The notes: generated by a model not told the origin, from the sequence alone. A stretch of DNA of 64,000 nucleotides from Patescibacteria group bacterium (GCA_048499955.1 JASNYX010000005.1:27401-91400), one strand, 5' to 3'. Shown: positions 52,501 to 62,012, numbered from the stretch's first letter. Made by a program: numbers and translations.

Positions 52501-55211
52501 ATGAACTTTCGGAACAGATACAATCTATAATTGAAACATCTCTGTCACGACCTTGGGTAGATAAACCTGGCGGAATATTTTTGAGAAAATCTGATGCAAT
52601 GCCAACTGAAGATCTTATACTCCTTCAGTCTGCTTCAAGAGTAATTCTGGATGGTGATTTCGGAGATCTAAACGACCATATTAAGCTTGTTTCCAGAACA
52701 GACATACTACCTCCTCCCGAGGGATTCTATTCTAAGCAAATACTTTACGAAGAAGAGGAACTCGAAGATGCGAGCTATCACGTAGCACCGAGCGAAATGT
52801 CATTTGTTAACGGATTTGGTAATTTTTCACATGGTGGGGAAGAATATATTATCAACCTTACAAAACACGAGAATACTCCGCTTCCGTGGTCAAATGTGAT
52901 TTCGAACGGAAAGTTTGGAACACTCCTAACCGAATCCGGTCTAGGATATACATGGTATGAAAATGCACAACTTAACAAAATTACTCCTTGGTCGAACGAC
53001 CCGGTCAAAGATACTCCCGGCGAAGCCATTTATATTAAAGATGAAGTTTCAGGAAACGTGTACTCACCTACTCCATTACCTATAAGAGATTCTGAAAATT
53101 ATCTAATACGCCATGGAAAAGGGTACAGCATATACGAACATGAGTGCGATGGGATTTCTCAAAAACTTGTCGTATTTGTGCCAATGGATGCACCTGTAAA
53201 AATTATTTCACTTACTATACGAAATAATTCAAAGGTTTCTAAAACACTATCCGCCACAATGTTTGCCGAATGGGTGTTGGGAACAAACTTCGAAACTTCT
53301 AAAGATTATGTAATTACAAAATTTGATAAAGAACGAGGCACCATTTTCGCCACAAATCCATACAATGAAGATTATAGAAATAATGTTTCTTTTCTGGCAT
53401 GCAATTCAGAAATTAAGTGGGCAACAAGTAGCAGAAGAGAATTTTTGGGTAGAAATGGTGCGATAAATATTCCGCAGTCACTAATAAATAAAGGTAACTG
53501 GAGCGGAAATATTGAAGTGGTCACATTTGATCCCTGTGGTGCACTTGAAACTAAGTTGGTCCTCGAACCAAATCAGGAAAAAGAAATTATATTCCTTCTC
53601 GGTCAAGCAGAAAACCGTTGGCATGCTGAAGAAATAATAGATCAATACAAACGACCGAAACAGGTACGAGAATCGTTTAATGCTACTAGACACTTCTGGA
53701 AAGATACTCTAAATAAAATCAGCATTAATACCCCAAACCATGAAATGAATACGTTAGTGAACGAATGGTTACCTTACCAAGTTCTATCCTGTAGATTCTG
53801 GGGAAGAACATCTTTTTACCAGGCCGGTGGAGCCTACGGATTCAGAGACCAACTACAGGATTCTTTAGCATTAATATATGCAAACCCCGCGTTAACTCGT
53901 GAGCAAATTCTAAATTCTGCACGTCATCAGTTCGTTGAAGGCGATGTCATGCATTGGTGGCACGCACCAAAAAATAAAGGTGTCAGAACTAAAATCTCCG
54001 ACGACTTACTATGGCTTCCCTATGTAACCTCGGAATACATAAAGGCAACCGGAGATAAATCTGTTCTGAAGGAAACCATTCCTTATCTAAAAATGCCTGT
54101 GCTAAATCCGGATCAGGAAGACTTGTACGGAGAACCTGAAGTTTCTGATATAACAGGAACAATTTACGATCATTGCTTAAGAGCGATCAATCACTCGTTA
54201 AGATTCGGAGAACATGGAATGCCCTTAATCGGAACCGGAGACTGGAACGACGGGCTTAACAGTGTGGGTAATGAGGGTAAAGGCGAAAGCGTTTGGCTAG
54301 GATGGTTTTTATACACAGTATTAAGCGAGTTTTCTAATATTTGCGAGATAGAATCAGACAAAGATACACGGAACGCATTTGAATCTACAGCGAATAAGCT
54401 TAAATTATCACTAAATACAAATACATGGGACGGAAACTGGTATAAACGCGCGTGGTTTGACTCCGGAAAACCACTAGGCTCAAGAGAGAACGAGGAATGT
54501 TTTATAGATTCGATCTCGCAATCCTGGGCAGTGATTTCCAAAGCCGGTGATCCGGAAAAAGCTCAAAAAGCACTGGAATCTGCAGAAGAACACTTGGTTA
54601 AAGAGGAAGATAAAACAATACTTCTTCTTACACCACCATTCAATCATACTCACCCACACCCCGGGTATATTCAGGGATACATACCGGGAATTCGAGAAAA
54701 TGGTGGCCAATACACTCACGCTGCAATTTGGTTTGTGATTGCTCAAGCACTTGCAGGTAATAATAATAAAGCAATGGATCTGTTCGATATGATTAACCCG
54801 ATTAATCACACAAAAAATCCTGAAGCAACTTATAAATATAAAGCTGAACCCTATGTAATTGCTGCCGATGTGTACTCTAACCCCCTGCACAAAGGGCGAG
54901 CAGGTTGGAGCTGGTACACAGGCTCTGCAAGTTGGATGTATCGTGCTGCAATTGAATATATTTTAGGATTTAAATTAATGGGTGACCATATTCTCATAGA
55001 GCCGAATATACCCGACTACTGGGATAATTTTCAGATTACTTATCATCACGGTAATACTAAATACTTTATAAATGTAATAAATAAAAAGACTTTGCCTAAA
55101 GGAAGTATAGGAATCAAGATAAACGGCACACAAATACCGGGTAACAAAATACCCTTAAGTAACGAACAACAAGAATATATGATTGAAGTCGAGCTCGGAG
55201 ATATATCATAG
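46596..55211 (+). CDS. ndvB: Cyclic beta-1,2-glucan synthase (Cgs/NdvB/ChvB family: GT84 + cyclising domain + GH94)
   Basis: 2871 aa; GWERKRGK, SHDLIEG, RQHRWIRGDWQ; YDLLASEAR, SWGGTMFEYL, PWGISES; GAYGFRDQLQD, GDWNDG, ENGGQYTH. Confidence 0.93.
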   Translation: MLEFVLNINLKNTPNYLSPTYINTKSLEKEVYSVDKLRSYARTLAHVFKSTNNTFAGKSFVEYKIDNAEEVISNGYKKFLDVLSQGKLQLPSTAEWIIDNFYIVEEQFRRIKSDWKPGVYKNLPVLTVEPYLNMPRVYGIAQELVSHTDNIITEETLVEYLNYYQRVSPLSTVEIWALPNMLKICLLENIKFLVYRDLENLQKQQQARGTAEDLVNMIKKHVRLDNKIGRLFPSQQKLDTDFIVYFLQSLREVDVETTQITQLVEEKILEQDINIDEFIRTDINFRAANKVSVGNAITSIRNITSLPWEVLFEEISPVEKLLRLDPGGIYTQMDFGSRDRYRHVIETLSKQSRISETEIVRRILDLARHEKEETPGNIKAGHVGYYLINNTGLTKLKAQIPYEPDFKNRLIDFIRIHPRSSYFLSLTGTLALMLSAIYGTGVYLSIGADSLFYLVTFSAVIMSTPAISLVNTILSSILPPSPPPKIDLKAGIPSYAKTAIVVPTLIRSREKIDHLISNIEKHYLANLDENIFLAILSDYTDAKEKNLDGDSELLEYFKHEIQKLNDKYNVNNPFYLLHRDRVFNPKENKWMGWERKRGKLIEFNRFISGDQKTTYTTVIGDIEKLKEIKYVITLDEDTELPIGCARKLVGGMIHPLNEPVIDQKRKVVIEGYGIIQPLVSIQAPSAVESWFSKSFVRESGVDAYSGIVSEVYQDLLGSSIFSGKAIYSVHAYRETIQERFPENHLLSHDLIEGAYMRVGLASDVEVLEDYPSGLISYLLRQHRWIRGDWQILEWLLPFVPNYKNRLERNPLSLTERWKIFDNLRRSIHPIFLVTLLFISWLGSPGFMQLATAVFLVSLLAGPFSYIFNIMRFRPIGEPFFEYAYIVIQEKFYVLFQSILRVTFSLHQAYINIDAIFRVLFRKYISRKKLLEWTTQQDVQKAEPQTLLDYIGRMWISPLLSVLFGSYLFKFNPVALEFAAPFLSLWLLAPLIAYLVSKKIIYQTENLSETEKESLHSYAGKIWRFYDEFASTSENHLPADNFQQSPGAVIAHRTSPTNIGMYMLSAVSAYDLGYLSTGEFADKIKLTFTSISKLLKYNGHLYNWYDTQTLQPLNTYISTVDSGNFIASLIVLRQSCLEISETGANLSLINRGLVGILNNLKESLEINIKFISPLSDIAEEQYQDSSNQDTENKFQGDIEKLLAEVKQWKSDELFNPDDRINILYSYKEKFHMYMQELSVVLDDRRNKEIQYWLEYFYNHISRFENEANIKKIPSKTRNLLLECAKSAEKIITQTDFKFLYNEKRKIFHIGWIQSENRHDSGYYDLLASEARIASYLAIAFGHVPPEHWFRLSRPLTRVGRTPTLLSWGGTMFEYLTPTLFIKDYQNTLIDETIKGITRKQCEYGFSKNIPWGISESAFFAFDFLYNYQYRMFGIPELSLKVELTENLVVSPYSTFLALPYLPKKSFENLKKLKNFGAYGSYGFYEAVDFTKSRLQGNQNSSVIYSYFAHHQGMSILALNNYLNQDIIRNRFHRDPHMASAELVLQEKVPLHVSSSRPVKEEKKLLHIQPKVAQGGVGRNIKTPHTVVPRMGILSNGDYSVLISNTGSSHSKYKGTSINLYKEDATLDNKGIYFYIKDEENSNLWSATYQPTTAKPEKYECSLSLNSVEFQRQDYGIASHLEIYVPPNKNLEIRKLSLTNLSKKARQLEVTTYSEVALDTHKSVAAHPAFSKLFIESSFSEDEKTLIFRRRPRSEEQAAHFAFHTIFSDNGKARFGGFETDRYEFIGRGRTENNPRGVHEELKNTQGAVLDPIMCMRQKLFLNPGESATLICLTGYAESKDEALKIVSELSSTSETNRQQELARIYSQIELQHLGVSEEHGYLYQQFASRIIYPDTSLRASAQIVASNVKGQSGLWGYGISGDNKIVLVKARQQKDLKLVKEMLLAHEYLRLRGFTFDLVLLVDNPLSYNDELSEQIQSIIETSLSRPWVDKPGGIFLRKSDAMPTEDLILLQSASRVILDGDFGDLNDHIKLVSRTDILPPPEGFYSKQILYEEEELEDASYHVAPSEMSFVNGFGNFSHGGEEYIINLTKHENTPLPWSNVISNGKFGTLLTESGLGYTWYENAQLNKITPWSNDPVKDTPGEAIYIKDEVSGNVYSPTPLPIRDSENYLIRHGKGYSIYEHECDGISQKLVVFVPMDAPVKIISLTIRNNSKVSKTLSATMFAEWVLGTNFETSKDYVITKFDKERGTIFATNPYNEDYRNNVSFLACNSEIKWATSSRREFLGRNGAINIPQSLINKGNWSGNIEVVTFDPCGALETKLVLEPNQEKEIIFLLGQAENRWHAEEIIDQYKRPKQVRESFNATRHFWKDTLNKISINTPNHEMNTLVNEWLPYQVLSCRFWGRTSFYQAGGAYGFRDQLQDSLALIYANPALTREQILNSARHQFVEGDVMHWWHAPKNKGVRTKISDDLLWLPYVTSEYIKATGDKSVLKETIPYLKMPVLNPDQEDLYGEPEVSDITGTIYDHCLRAINHSLRFGEHGMPLIGTGDWNDGLNSVGNEGKGESVWLGWFLYTVLSEFSNICEIESDKDTRNAFESTANKLKLSLNTNTWDGNWYKRAWFDSGKPLGSRENEECFIDSISQSWAVISKAGDPEKAQKALESAEEHLVKEEDKTILLLTPPFNHTHPHPGYIQGYIPGIRENGGQYTHAAIWFVIAQALAGNNNKAMDLFDMINPINHTKNPEATYKYKAEPYVIAADVYSNPLHKGRAGWSWYTGSASWMYRAAIEYILGFKLMGDHILIEPNIPDYWDNFQITYHHGNTKYFINVINKKTLPKGSIGIKINGTQIPGNKIPLSNEQQEYMIEVELGDIS

Positions 55212-55318
55212 AAATCCGACTACGAAAGATTTCCATTTGCTTTCCATTTTGTACCTTTACTGATAAAGTTAATAAGAATTTTAATAATAGATAACTATCT
55301 ATGTAATATTCTTGCATA

Positions 55319-55681
55319 ATGGAAACTAGGAAAAAAATATTAATTGCAGATGACGACCAAGCAATACTGGAAGCAATGACTTTAATGCTTGAAGATGCCG
55401 GTTATGAGGTAATGACTACAATAGACGGGACAGTTGTAAACGATATGATAAATCAGCTTCCTGACTTACTATTACTCGACATCTGGATGTCAGGTATAGA
55501 AGGCCAAGTTGTATGTAAAAATTGGAAGAGCCAAGAAATTACTAAATCAATTCCGATTATAATAATATCTGCCAATACAGATACTGAACAAATTGCCAAA
55601 GATTGTGGAGCCGATGACTATCTAGCAAAACCATTTGACATGCACATACTCTTAAGTAAAATAAGTCGTTACATCGGATAA
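55319..55681 (+). CDS. Single-domain response regulator
   Basis: IADDD, LLLDIWM, ISA, KPF. Confidence 0.93.
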   Translation: METRKKILIADDDQAILEAMTLMLEDAGYEVMTTIDGTVVNDMINQLPDLLLLDIWMSGIEGQVVCKNWKSQEITKSIPIIIISANTDTEQIAKDCGADDYLAKPFDMHILLSKISRYIG

Positions 55682-55695
55682 TCGATCTATCTACC

Positions 55696-57039
55696 TTACG
55701 TCACGACACCAATTTTCCTTGCTAAATAAGGAGTAAGCGGAGGTTCCAAAACTAAAGTAAGTAATATAACCCACATTCCCATAGAAATAACAAAATCGGA
55801 GTTAATTATATTAAACGCAGAAGCAATCACAATCAAAACCGCAGAAATTATACCTGTTTCCCGAATTAAGCTCAGAAATAATAAATCCTTAAACCGAAAA
55901 GTACCGCTAATAAACCAGGGGAAAAGTGACATAAATACTACACTTGGTCTTACAATAAATATAAAAAATAGCCCAATAGTAATACCCAAAAATGCATTAT
56001 CCAGCAAAGTCGACAAAGGCACCAAAGCACCAAGAGAAATAAAAATAAACGGTTTAATCAGATGATCTAAGAGACTTCCATAAAAATGAGAAACTTTTTT
56101 AAGACCACCATTTGCCTCTGAGATTAATCCGCTAACAAAGGAAGCCAAAAATCCGGCACCACCAAGAACATTACCCACGACAAACGTGAATAGTGGCACA
56201 GAAAGCAACAAAGCAGGATCCTGTTTAGAGTCATCCCCTACTTCATCTTGCTTTTCCATGTAAAATTTTCTTAACAAAGCATAACCAATATAACCGACCA
56301 ATATTCCCGTCATAATTTGCAAGGCTAGTGCATCATAAGCAGCTTTCTGAAATAGCGGTTTCAAGTACGAAGAGATTTCACTTTGTTGGGCGATCGGCAC
56401 TGATATTAATGCTATTAGCAAGAATCTGGTCAAAATGCTCCCGCTAACATCTGTCAAAGCACTTTCCGTAATGGCGATATCTTTTAGAAACTTGCGTTTA
56501 AAATGCATTGTCTTTAGTGTCGGAATAATAGCCGTCGGATCAGTAGATGACAACGCAGCTGCAAGTATTATTATGGATGGTATTAATGAGACGGTATAAT
56601 TGCCCGTTATTGATAGCAAGAGAAGCATAAGTGCTGCAGAGGTTACAGCTGACACAACAATGCCTACTAATGATAATGAGGCGATTGGGAAAAACCATTT
56701 TTGGAAATTCTTAAAAGGAATTTCTAATCCGCCTGCAAAAAGTATAAAAGCTGCCATTACCTCGATCGCCATTTTAAATCCGTCAATATGGTGTGTATAA
56801 AAACCCAATAATGGTTGAAGTGCCATTCCGGCGAAAATCGCCCAAACAAAAGACGGTATAAGTGTTTTTGGTGCAATTCTATTGATATAGTATCCGGCGA
56901 AAAGTATGCCTCCGAACACGAACAGTTGAAAATCAACTTCCTGTGCAATTTCGGGGCTTTTAATGAGTAAATATCTGGCAGCAATTGAGGATACTACCAG
57001 GAAAAAAAGCAAAAAAACATAAGACAGGAAATTTCGCAT
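55696..57039 (-). CDS. Cation:proton antiporter (CPA1)
   Basis: ILFAGGL, SSTDP, ESALTD, many TMs. Confidence 0.88.
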   Translation of the reverse strand: MRNFLSYVFLLFFLVVSSIAARYLLIKSPEIAQEVDFQLFVFGGILFAGYYINRIAPKTLIPSFVWAIFAGMALQPLLGFYTHHIDGFKMAIEVMAAFILFAGGLEIPFKNFQKWFFPIASLSLVGIVVSAVTSAALMLLLLSITGNYTVSLIPSIIILAAALSSTDPTAIIPTLKTMHFKRKFLKDIAITESALTDVSGSILTRFLLIALISVPIAQQSEISSYLKPLFQKAAYDALALQIMTGILVGYIGYALLRKFYMEKQDEVGDDSKQDPALLLSVPLFTFVVGNVLGGAGFLASFVSGLISEANGGLKKVSHFYGSLLDHLIKPFIFISLGALVPLSTLLDNAFLGITIGLFFIFIVRPSVVFMSLFPWFISGTFRFKDLLFLSLIRETGIISAVLIVIASAFNIINSDFVISMGMWVILLTLVLEPPLTPYLARKIGVVT

Positions 57040-57099
57040 ACTTATTAAAGACTATCATAATAGAGGCGTAAAGTTCATCTGCAGAAGGTGCACGATGTA

Positions 57100-58704
57100 C
57101 TAATTCTTGAATTCCTTATATTGGTTATCTACCCTAGAACACTTATAAACGATCACCGCTTCGTAAGCAAATGGAGCCGAAGGCCCAAATGCTTTGAGCT
57201 TATTACACATATCTTTTGGTACTAGATAATCCAAATCCCTACGACTAACGATGTAATCAGCCAGTGCTCCCTCAGGCATAAGTTTCGGATTTGTATAATC
57301 TTTTCCGTAAAAGAACGGGGCGAAAGTTTTTATTTGCTCTCGGTGAGTTAATACGGCATTTCGGTTTGGTGCGTCCGGATCGATTTTATTGATATACTGT
57401 GCGGCTTGAGCATAATATTCACCTCTGTTTTTCACCGGAACTCCAAGTGCCTCTACCCCTCCGGGCCCCCCGACCAAATCTGTAAAGTAATACGAGTAGG
57501 CTGGGTAGTACCGATATAACGTTACAGTATAGATAATAAAAAGTATCGCAATAGAAGCGATCTTAGCTTTCTGACTATATTTATAAAAATAATAAAATGC
57601 GTATGAAGAAATCAGTATCAGCGAGGGATAAAAATTGCTAATATAACGGTCCTTCGCCTTATCCGGGATTGTAAGTATCGCAATGTTTAATACCACATAA
57701 GCTATACCCGAATACAAAACAAATTTATCGATCTCATCAACCTTATGTTTCATAAATTTCCGAAGGCCTATAAACAACCCGGCAATCATAAGTAAAAAGG
57801 TGGATGGTAAATTTCTTAAAAAGATAAATTCGAGATAAAACAGCTTCTTAATCCCCGAGATTGTAACTTCTCCTTCACTTGAAAATGCAGTATCAACAAT
57901 ACCTTCATTTATGATCTCCCTAATTGTCCAATAAGGTCGAACCCACATTGAAGGAAAAAGTGCGACAAATACAATCGTCGCTATCAATCCATACTTAATT
58001 AAACCTAAGATAGACTTAAGCCGAATTTTATTTCCGCTGATTCTAAATTCCTGGAAAGCGGCAAATATCACATTCATTAACATTCCAATACCGGAATCGA
58101 TTTTAGTCAGGATTCCAAGTCCGATAAAAATCGCAGAAAGATAAAAGTAATAATTACCGGCCTTAGCTTCATTTTGCTGACGTAAGTAATAATGGTAATA
58201 AAGGCTAAGGAACGAAGCAAACGAAAACATGCCTCCGAGTCCCGAAAGATGAAGGAATTTACTAACACCAAGGAAAAAAGGCTCTAGTGACAAAAAAATC
58301 GTAAAAATTATCGCAAAAGTATTTCCCGTGATTTTGGACATTAGCCACGCACAATATGCTCCAAGCAATGAAATAACCAGTATCAGCGGAAAAATACTTA
58401 CAAAGTTGATTTTAATAAAATGTCTTGAAAGATGACGAGGACTATAATCAAAATAAGATTCGAATGCGGTTTCAAACATCCATTTTGCGGATCCGCTAAG
58501 CCATAATAAAGTGACTCCCGGGTGATATTGCTGATAAGTATATGCATATTCCCCTCTGATCAAATGCTTAGCAAATTTTTCTGTCCTTGGATGCCAATAC
58601 GAGGCATCATAATTGGAAATATCAGATCCCAATGAAATTATTCTGGGGATAAAGAAAATTAAAAAAACGACCGCTAGGAATTTCCAATTTCTAATGGCTA
58701 TCAT
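57100..58704 (-). CDS. GT-C type (ArnT/PMT-like) membrane glycosyltransferase
   Basis: YHPGVTLLWL, LEPF, GILTK, DRY; many TMs. Confidence 0.75.
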   Translation of the reverse strand: MIAIRNWKFLAVVFLIFFIPRIISLGSDISNYDASYWHPRTEKFAKHLIRGEYAYTYQQYHPGVTLLWLSGSAKWMFETAFESYFDYSPRHLSRHFIKINFVSIFPLILVISLLGAYCAWLMSKITGNTFAIIFTIFLSLEPFFLGVSKFLHLSGLGGMFSFASFLSLYYHYYLRQQNEAKAGNYYFYLSAIFIGLGILTKIDSGIGMLMNVIFAAFQEFRISGNKIRLKSILGLIKYGLIATIVFVALFPSMWVRPYWTIREIINEGIVDTAFSSEGEVTISGIKKLFYLEFIFLRNLPSTFLLMIAGLFIGLRKFMKHKVDEIDKFVLYSGIAYVVLNIAILTIPDKAKDRYISNFYPSLILISSYAFYYFYKYSQKAKIASIAILFIIYTVTLYRYYPAYSYYFTDLVGGPGGVEALGVPVKNRGEYYAQAAQYINKIDPDAPNRNAVLTHREQIKTFAPFFYGKDYTNPKLMPEGALADYIVSRRDLDYLVPKDMCNKLKAFGPSAPFAYEAVIVYKCSRVDNQYKEFKN

Positions 58705-58810
58705 AGGTGATTAATATTCTCTAAAGCCGACTTATAACCACTAAAATCAACTCAAGAGCACTAATTGGTAGTATACAGGAAACATAAGAAAACGCCCATC
58801 ATACAATGGT

Positions 58811-59986
58811 TTAACGCAGGTATCTATCACAGCGATTTAGTTGATCTGAAAAATCTTCGTCGTGTTCTTTTTCGGCCTTTTTCCAGTAATTTCTGCAAGA
58901 TTGATATGCGGATTCATTTAACTGATATGTAAGTGTAGCTATTTCCTTATTTAGATAATAATATTCTTCCGACATCGACTCGGCCTCCAGATATGAGATT
59001 TTCGAATTCGTGTAACCATCCCATAATATTCCGGCAATATTTATCGTAGTGTCAAACCTAGTTAATAATTTATTTACATTTTTGGTGTCGTAATCCCGGT
59101 TATTTAGAGCTTCCTTCCAGCCGTCACGTAGTTTTCGGGTTTCAATCAACTGTTCTTCCCAAAATTTCACGAACTCATAATCATACTTAACTTTTTGCGT
59201 GAGATCGGGCTCAATACTCCGCAAGTTTTGCACATCAGATGTATATGCAAGCAAACTGACGATATAAGTATCACTTACAGCTACACATTGGGCATTGAAA
59301 TCTCCCAACATGTTTTTTCTATGCCCTTCCGAATTCGCCCACCCATCAACGACTTCACTTGAAACATAAAAACCTTTTGCAATATTTTCCCCCATTCCCG
59401 AGCACACGATATTTCCTGAGTTACAATATTTTTCACGTAATTCATTCCCTCTCGATTCAAACCCTTCGTGTGACCAAACTGTTTTAATCTCCTCAGCTCT
59501 GATCCTTGCGAGATTACACAATGGATCATAATGGTGCAGCCCGATGAGATTGTTACTTTCTCTGTATTTATTAATTAGTAATTCAATCTCCTGTTCGGAA
59601 AGTTTATTAATTCTTTCAGGTTCCTTAACCACTGTGATCTCATTATTTATTCGAATTTGAGAGTTCACCTTACCCAAAATCTCTAGCGCCCTATCTCGTA
59701 TTAAAAACCATGAAAGTATCAATATTATTAGCACTAAGGCTAAATGTGCGAATGATTTTAAAAGCACTGTGCTAAAAGGGAAAAGTTTTAACCAGGTAGT
59801 AAACATTCCAATAAATGACCTAATACCAAAAGAAATTAGAAAAACTTCCAATAATAATAGCGGGTATATATACGAATCGTACTGAGGGCCATCAAGATTA
59901 ACCAATATGACAACAACAGCAATAAATAGCAAACAAGATACTAACCAGGAAATCTGCCAAGCTTTTGCTCTGGAATCATCATTCAT
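58811..59986 (-). CDS. Membrane protein with CAP/SCP domain
   Basis: INKYRESN, WSH, GENIA, WANSEGHRKNML; probable ATG 59986. Confidence 0.85.
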   Translation of the reverse strand: MNDDSRAKAWQISWLVSCLLFIAVVVILVNLDGPQYDSYIYPLLLLEVFLISFGIRSFIGMFTTWLKLFPFSTVLLKSFAHLALVLIILILSWFLIRDRALEILGKVNSQIRINNEITVVKEPERINKLSEQEIELLINKYRESNNLIGLHHYDPLCNLARIRAEEIKTVWSHEGFESRGNELREKYCNSGNIVCSGMGENIAKGFYVSSEVVDGWANSEGHRKNMLGDFNAQCVAVSDTYIVSLLAYTSDVQNLRSIEPDLTQKVKYDYEFVKFWEEQLIETRKLRDGWKEALNNRDYDTKNVNKLLTRFDTTINIAGILWDGYTNSKISYLEAESMSEEYYYLNKEIATLTYQLNESAYQSCRNYWKKAEKEHDEDFSDQLNRCDRYLR

Positions 59987-60045
59987 AATTCGATTATAAG
60001 ACAATTTCCAAGTAGAATTTCACCTGATATATAATAAGTTAATAG

Positions 60046-61752
60046 ATGAAATTATCTGCATTACTTCTACCGATTCTTATTGCTCTATCCTTAGCACTAC
60101 CTCAACCGACTCAAGCACAAGAAGAAATACTTCGATATCACGTTAACCTAAATGTTTTCCCCGATGCCAAAGTGCAAATCACGGAAGAAATTGACTATTA
60201 TTTTGGCACAAACCAAAGACACGGAATATTCAGAGAAATTCCATACATCATAAGTGACAAAAACGGCAATAAGTTCATGCTGGACATCAAAGTCGGCGAA
60301 GTTTACGCACATAGCCCACATAACAGAGATTTAGTACCTTATGAAACATACTATTCCGACGAGAACTTAATTATAAAAATTGGTGATCCAAATAAAACAA
60401 TTTCAGGTGCCCGAAATTACTATATTAGCTATGAAGTGAAAGGCTCTATAAGCTATTTTGAAGATCATGACGAATTATACTGGAACGTAATCGGCACAAA
60501 CTGGACAGTCCCGATTTCAGGAGCATCAGTTGCTCTGGACTTTTCAAAACTCACACAAGATCAAAATGTGATCGATAACATTGAGGTTATATGTTTTACG
60601 GGCCCAGATAGTAGCACAAGCCAAGATTGCGGAGTAATTAAAGGTGACCAACGATACAATATAGTCCCTAATAATCAACTTCAGCCAAACGAAGGTCTAA
60701 CCTTTGCCGCATCATTTCCTAAGGGCTTAGTAGAAATATATGAACCCAAACCATATAAATCTTGGTCAGGTATCAGCCTACGAACTTGGATAATTATTGT
60801 CGCAAATGTGGTACTTTCCATGGGAATATTCCTTCTATGGTTTCTGAGAGGTCGAGACCCTTCAAACAAAAAAATAATCCTGAGGATGTACGATTCGCCA
60901 AAAGATGATAGAGGCCAAGAACTTTCACCTTTAGAACTGGGAACAGTCGTAGATGAGAAAATCCACCCACGGGATATTTCCGCAGAAATCATAAATCTTG
61001 CCATAAAAAAGTACCTCGTTATTGAGGACATCGAGCACGATATTCTTAAAATCGTTAAAATTAGAAATACTAAGCTGATGAAAGGCCCTATGTTGATAGA
61101 TGACCCTAAAATGAACGGCCTTAAACCTCACCAAAAAGAATTGCTAAGGGCTTTTGAAGTCCACGAAAAGGAAGAAGTATATCTGAAAGATCTAAAGGTC
61201 AGTCTCCCAAGCCGAATACAAACATTACAGAAAAATCTCTATGAAAAACTTACGGCAGATGGGTATTTCAAATCAAACCCTCAAACAGTTCGAATGGTTT
61301 ACCTTGGAATTGGCTTTGCACTCTCCTTCGTTTGGCTCTATTTACCAAGTGTACTAATGGTAGTGTTTTCATTTTTCATGCCACGTCGAACAGAAAAAGG
61401 AGTAGAAGCCAAAAGACATGGCCTTGGTCTTAAGCAATTTCTGGATTCACAAGATCGACAGTTTGAATTTCAGGAAAAGAATCTATACATGTTCGAAAAG
61501 TTACTTCCCTATGCAATTTCATTTGGTGTCGCGAAAATATGGGCTTCAAAATTTAATGATTTATATGACTATATGCCCGAATGGTATTCTTCGAATACTA
61601 TGACTAGTTTCAATACCACAAGCTTCACTCGTGACCTCGAAACCAATTTAGGATCATTTCAAAGCAACTATTCGGCGAGCACCAGTAAATCAGGCTTTAG
61701 TGGAGGTAGCTCCGGAGGTGGTGGCGGTGGAGGCGGCGGGGGGAGTTGGTAA
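60046..61752 (+). CDS. DUF2207 membrane protein
   Basis: HGIFREIP, ELYWNVIG, LLPYAISFG, Gly-rich GGGGGSW tail. Confidence 0.92.
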   Translation: MKLSALLLPILIALSLALPQPTQAQEEILRYHVNLNVFPDAKVQITEEIDYYFGTNQRHGIFREIPYIISDKNGNKFMLDIKVGEVYAHSPHNRDLVPYETYYSDENLIIKIGDPNKTISGARNYYISYEVKGSISYFEDHDELYWNVIGTNWTVPISGASVALDFSKLTQDQNVIDNIEVICFTGPDSSTSQDCGVIKGDQRYNIVPNNQLQPNEGLTFAASFPKGLVEIYEPKPYKSWSGISLRTWIIIVANVVLSMGIFLLWFLRGRDPSNKKIILRMYDSPKDDRGQELSPLELGTVVDEKIHPRDISAEIINLAIKKYLVIEDIEHDILKIVKIRNTKLMKGPMLIDDPKMNGLKPHQKELLRAFEVHEKEEVYLKDLKVSLPSRIQTLQKNLYEKLTADGYFKSNPQTVRMVYLGIGFALSFVWLYLPSVLMVVFSFFMPRRTEKGVEAKRHGLGLKQFLDSQDRQFEFQEKNLYMFEKLLPYAISFGVAKIWASKFNDLYDYMPEWYSSNTMTSFNTTSFTRDLETNLGSFQSNYSASTSKSGFSGGSSGGGGGGGGGGSW

Positions 61753-61806
61753 TTAACCTTCAAGTACCCGGTTTTTCGAGCAAAAAAAGTTCAAGTAATT
61801 GGTTCA

Positions 61807-61836
61807 TTGCCAACAGGAAAAACATCGTGCTATAAA
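61807..61836 (+). promoter_or_regulatory. Sigma70-type promoter for the peptide/DUF4135 unit
   Basis: TTGCCA, 18 nt spacer ending TGC, then TATAAA (extended -10). Confidence 0.5.
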
Positions 61837-61871
61837 CCGAATATAGTATATTTTATTCAACTACACATCCC

Positions 61872-61985
61872 ATGATCAAAAAAACAGAAATTCTAGGTTT
61901 CCAAGAATTCATAAAAAAAGTGCGAAGCATTGTAAAATCCAAATTTAATAGTGCTGCAACAACTTCCTGCAACCATACGAGCTAA
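61872..61985 (+). CDS. Candidate RiPP precursor peptide, 37 aa (not in ORF track)
   Basis: MIKKTEILGFQEFIKKVRSIVKSKFNSAATTSCNHTS; 27 nt upstream of the LanM-like gene. Confidence 0.65.
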   Translation: MIKKTEILGFQEFIKKVRSIVKSKFNSAATTSCNHTS

Positions 61986-62012
61986 GCTAAATTCATTAAA
62001 GCAGGAAACAAC

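Noticed and set aside
46044-56984. Numerous short antisense or alternate-frame ORFs inside long genes (also at 2165, 8617, 24455, 35842, 60681)
   Set aside because: Shadow ORFs of well-supported genes with no motifs.
61695-61750. GGN-rich repeat
   Set aside because: It encodes the normal Gly-rich tail of DUF2207 proteins.
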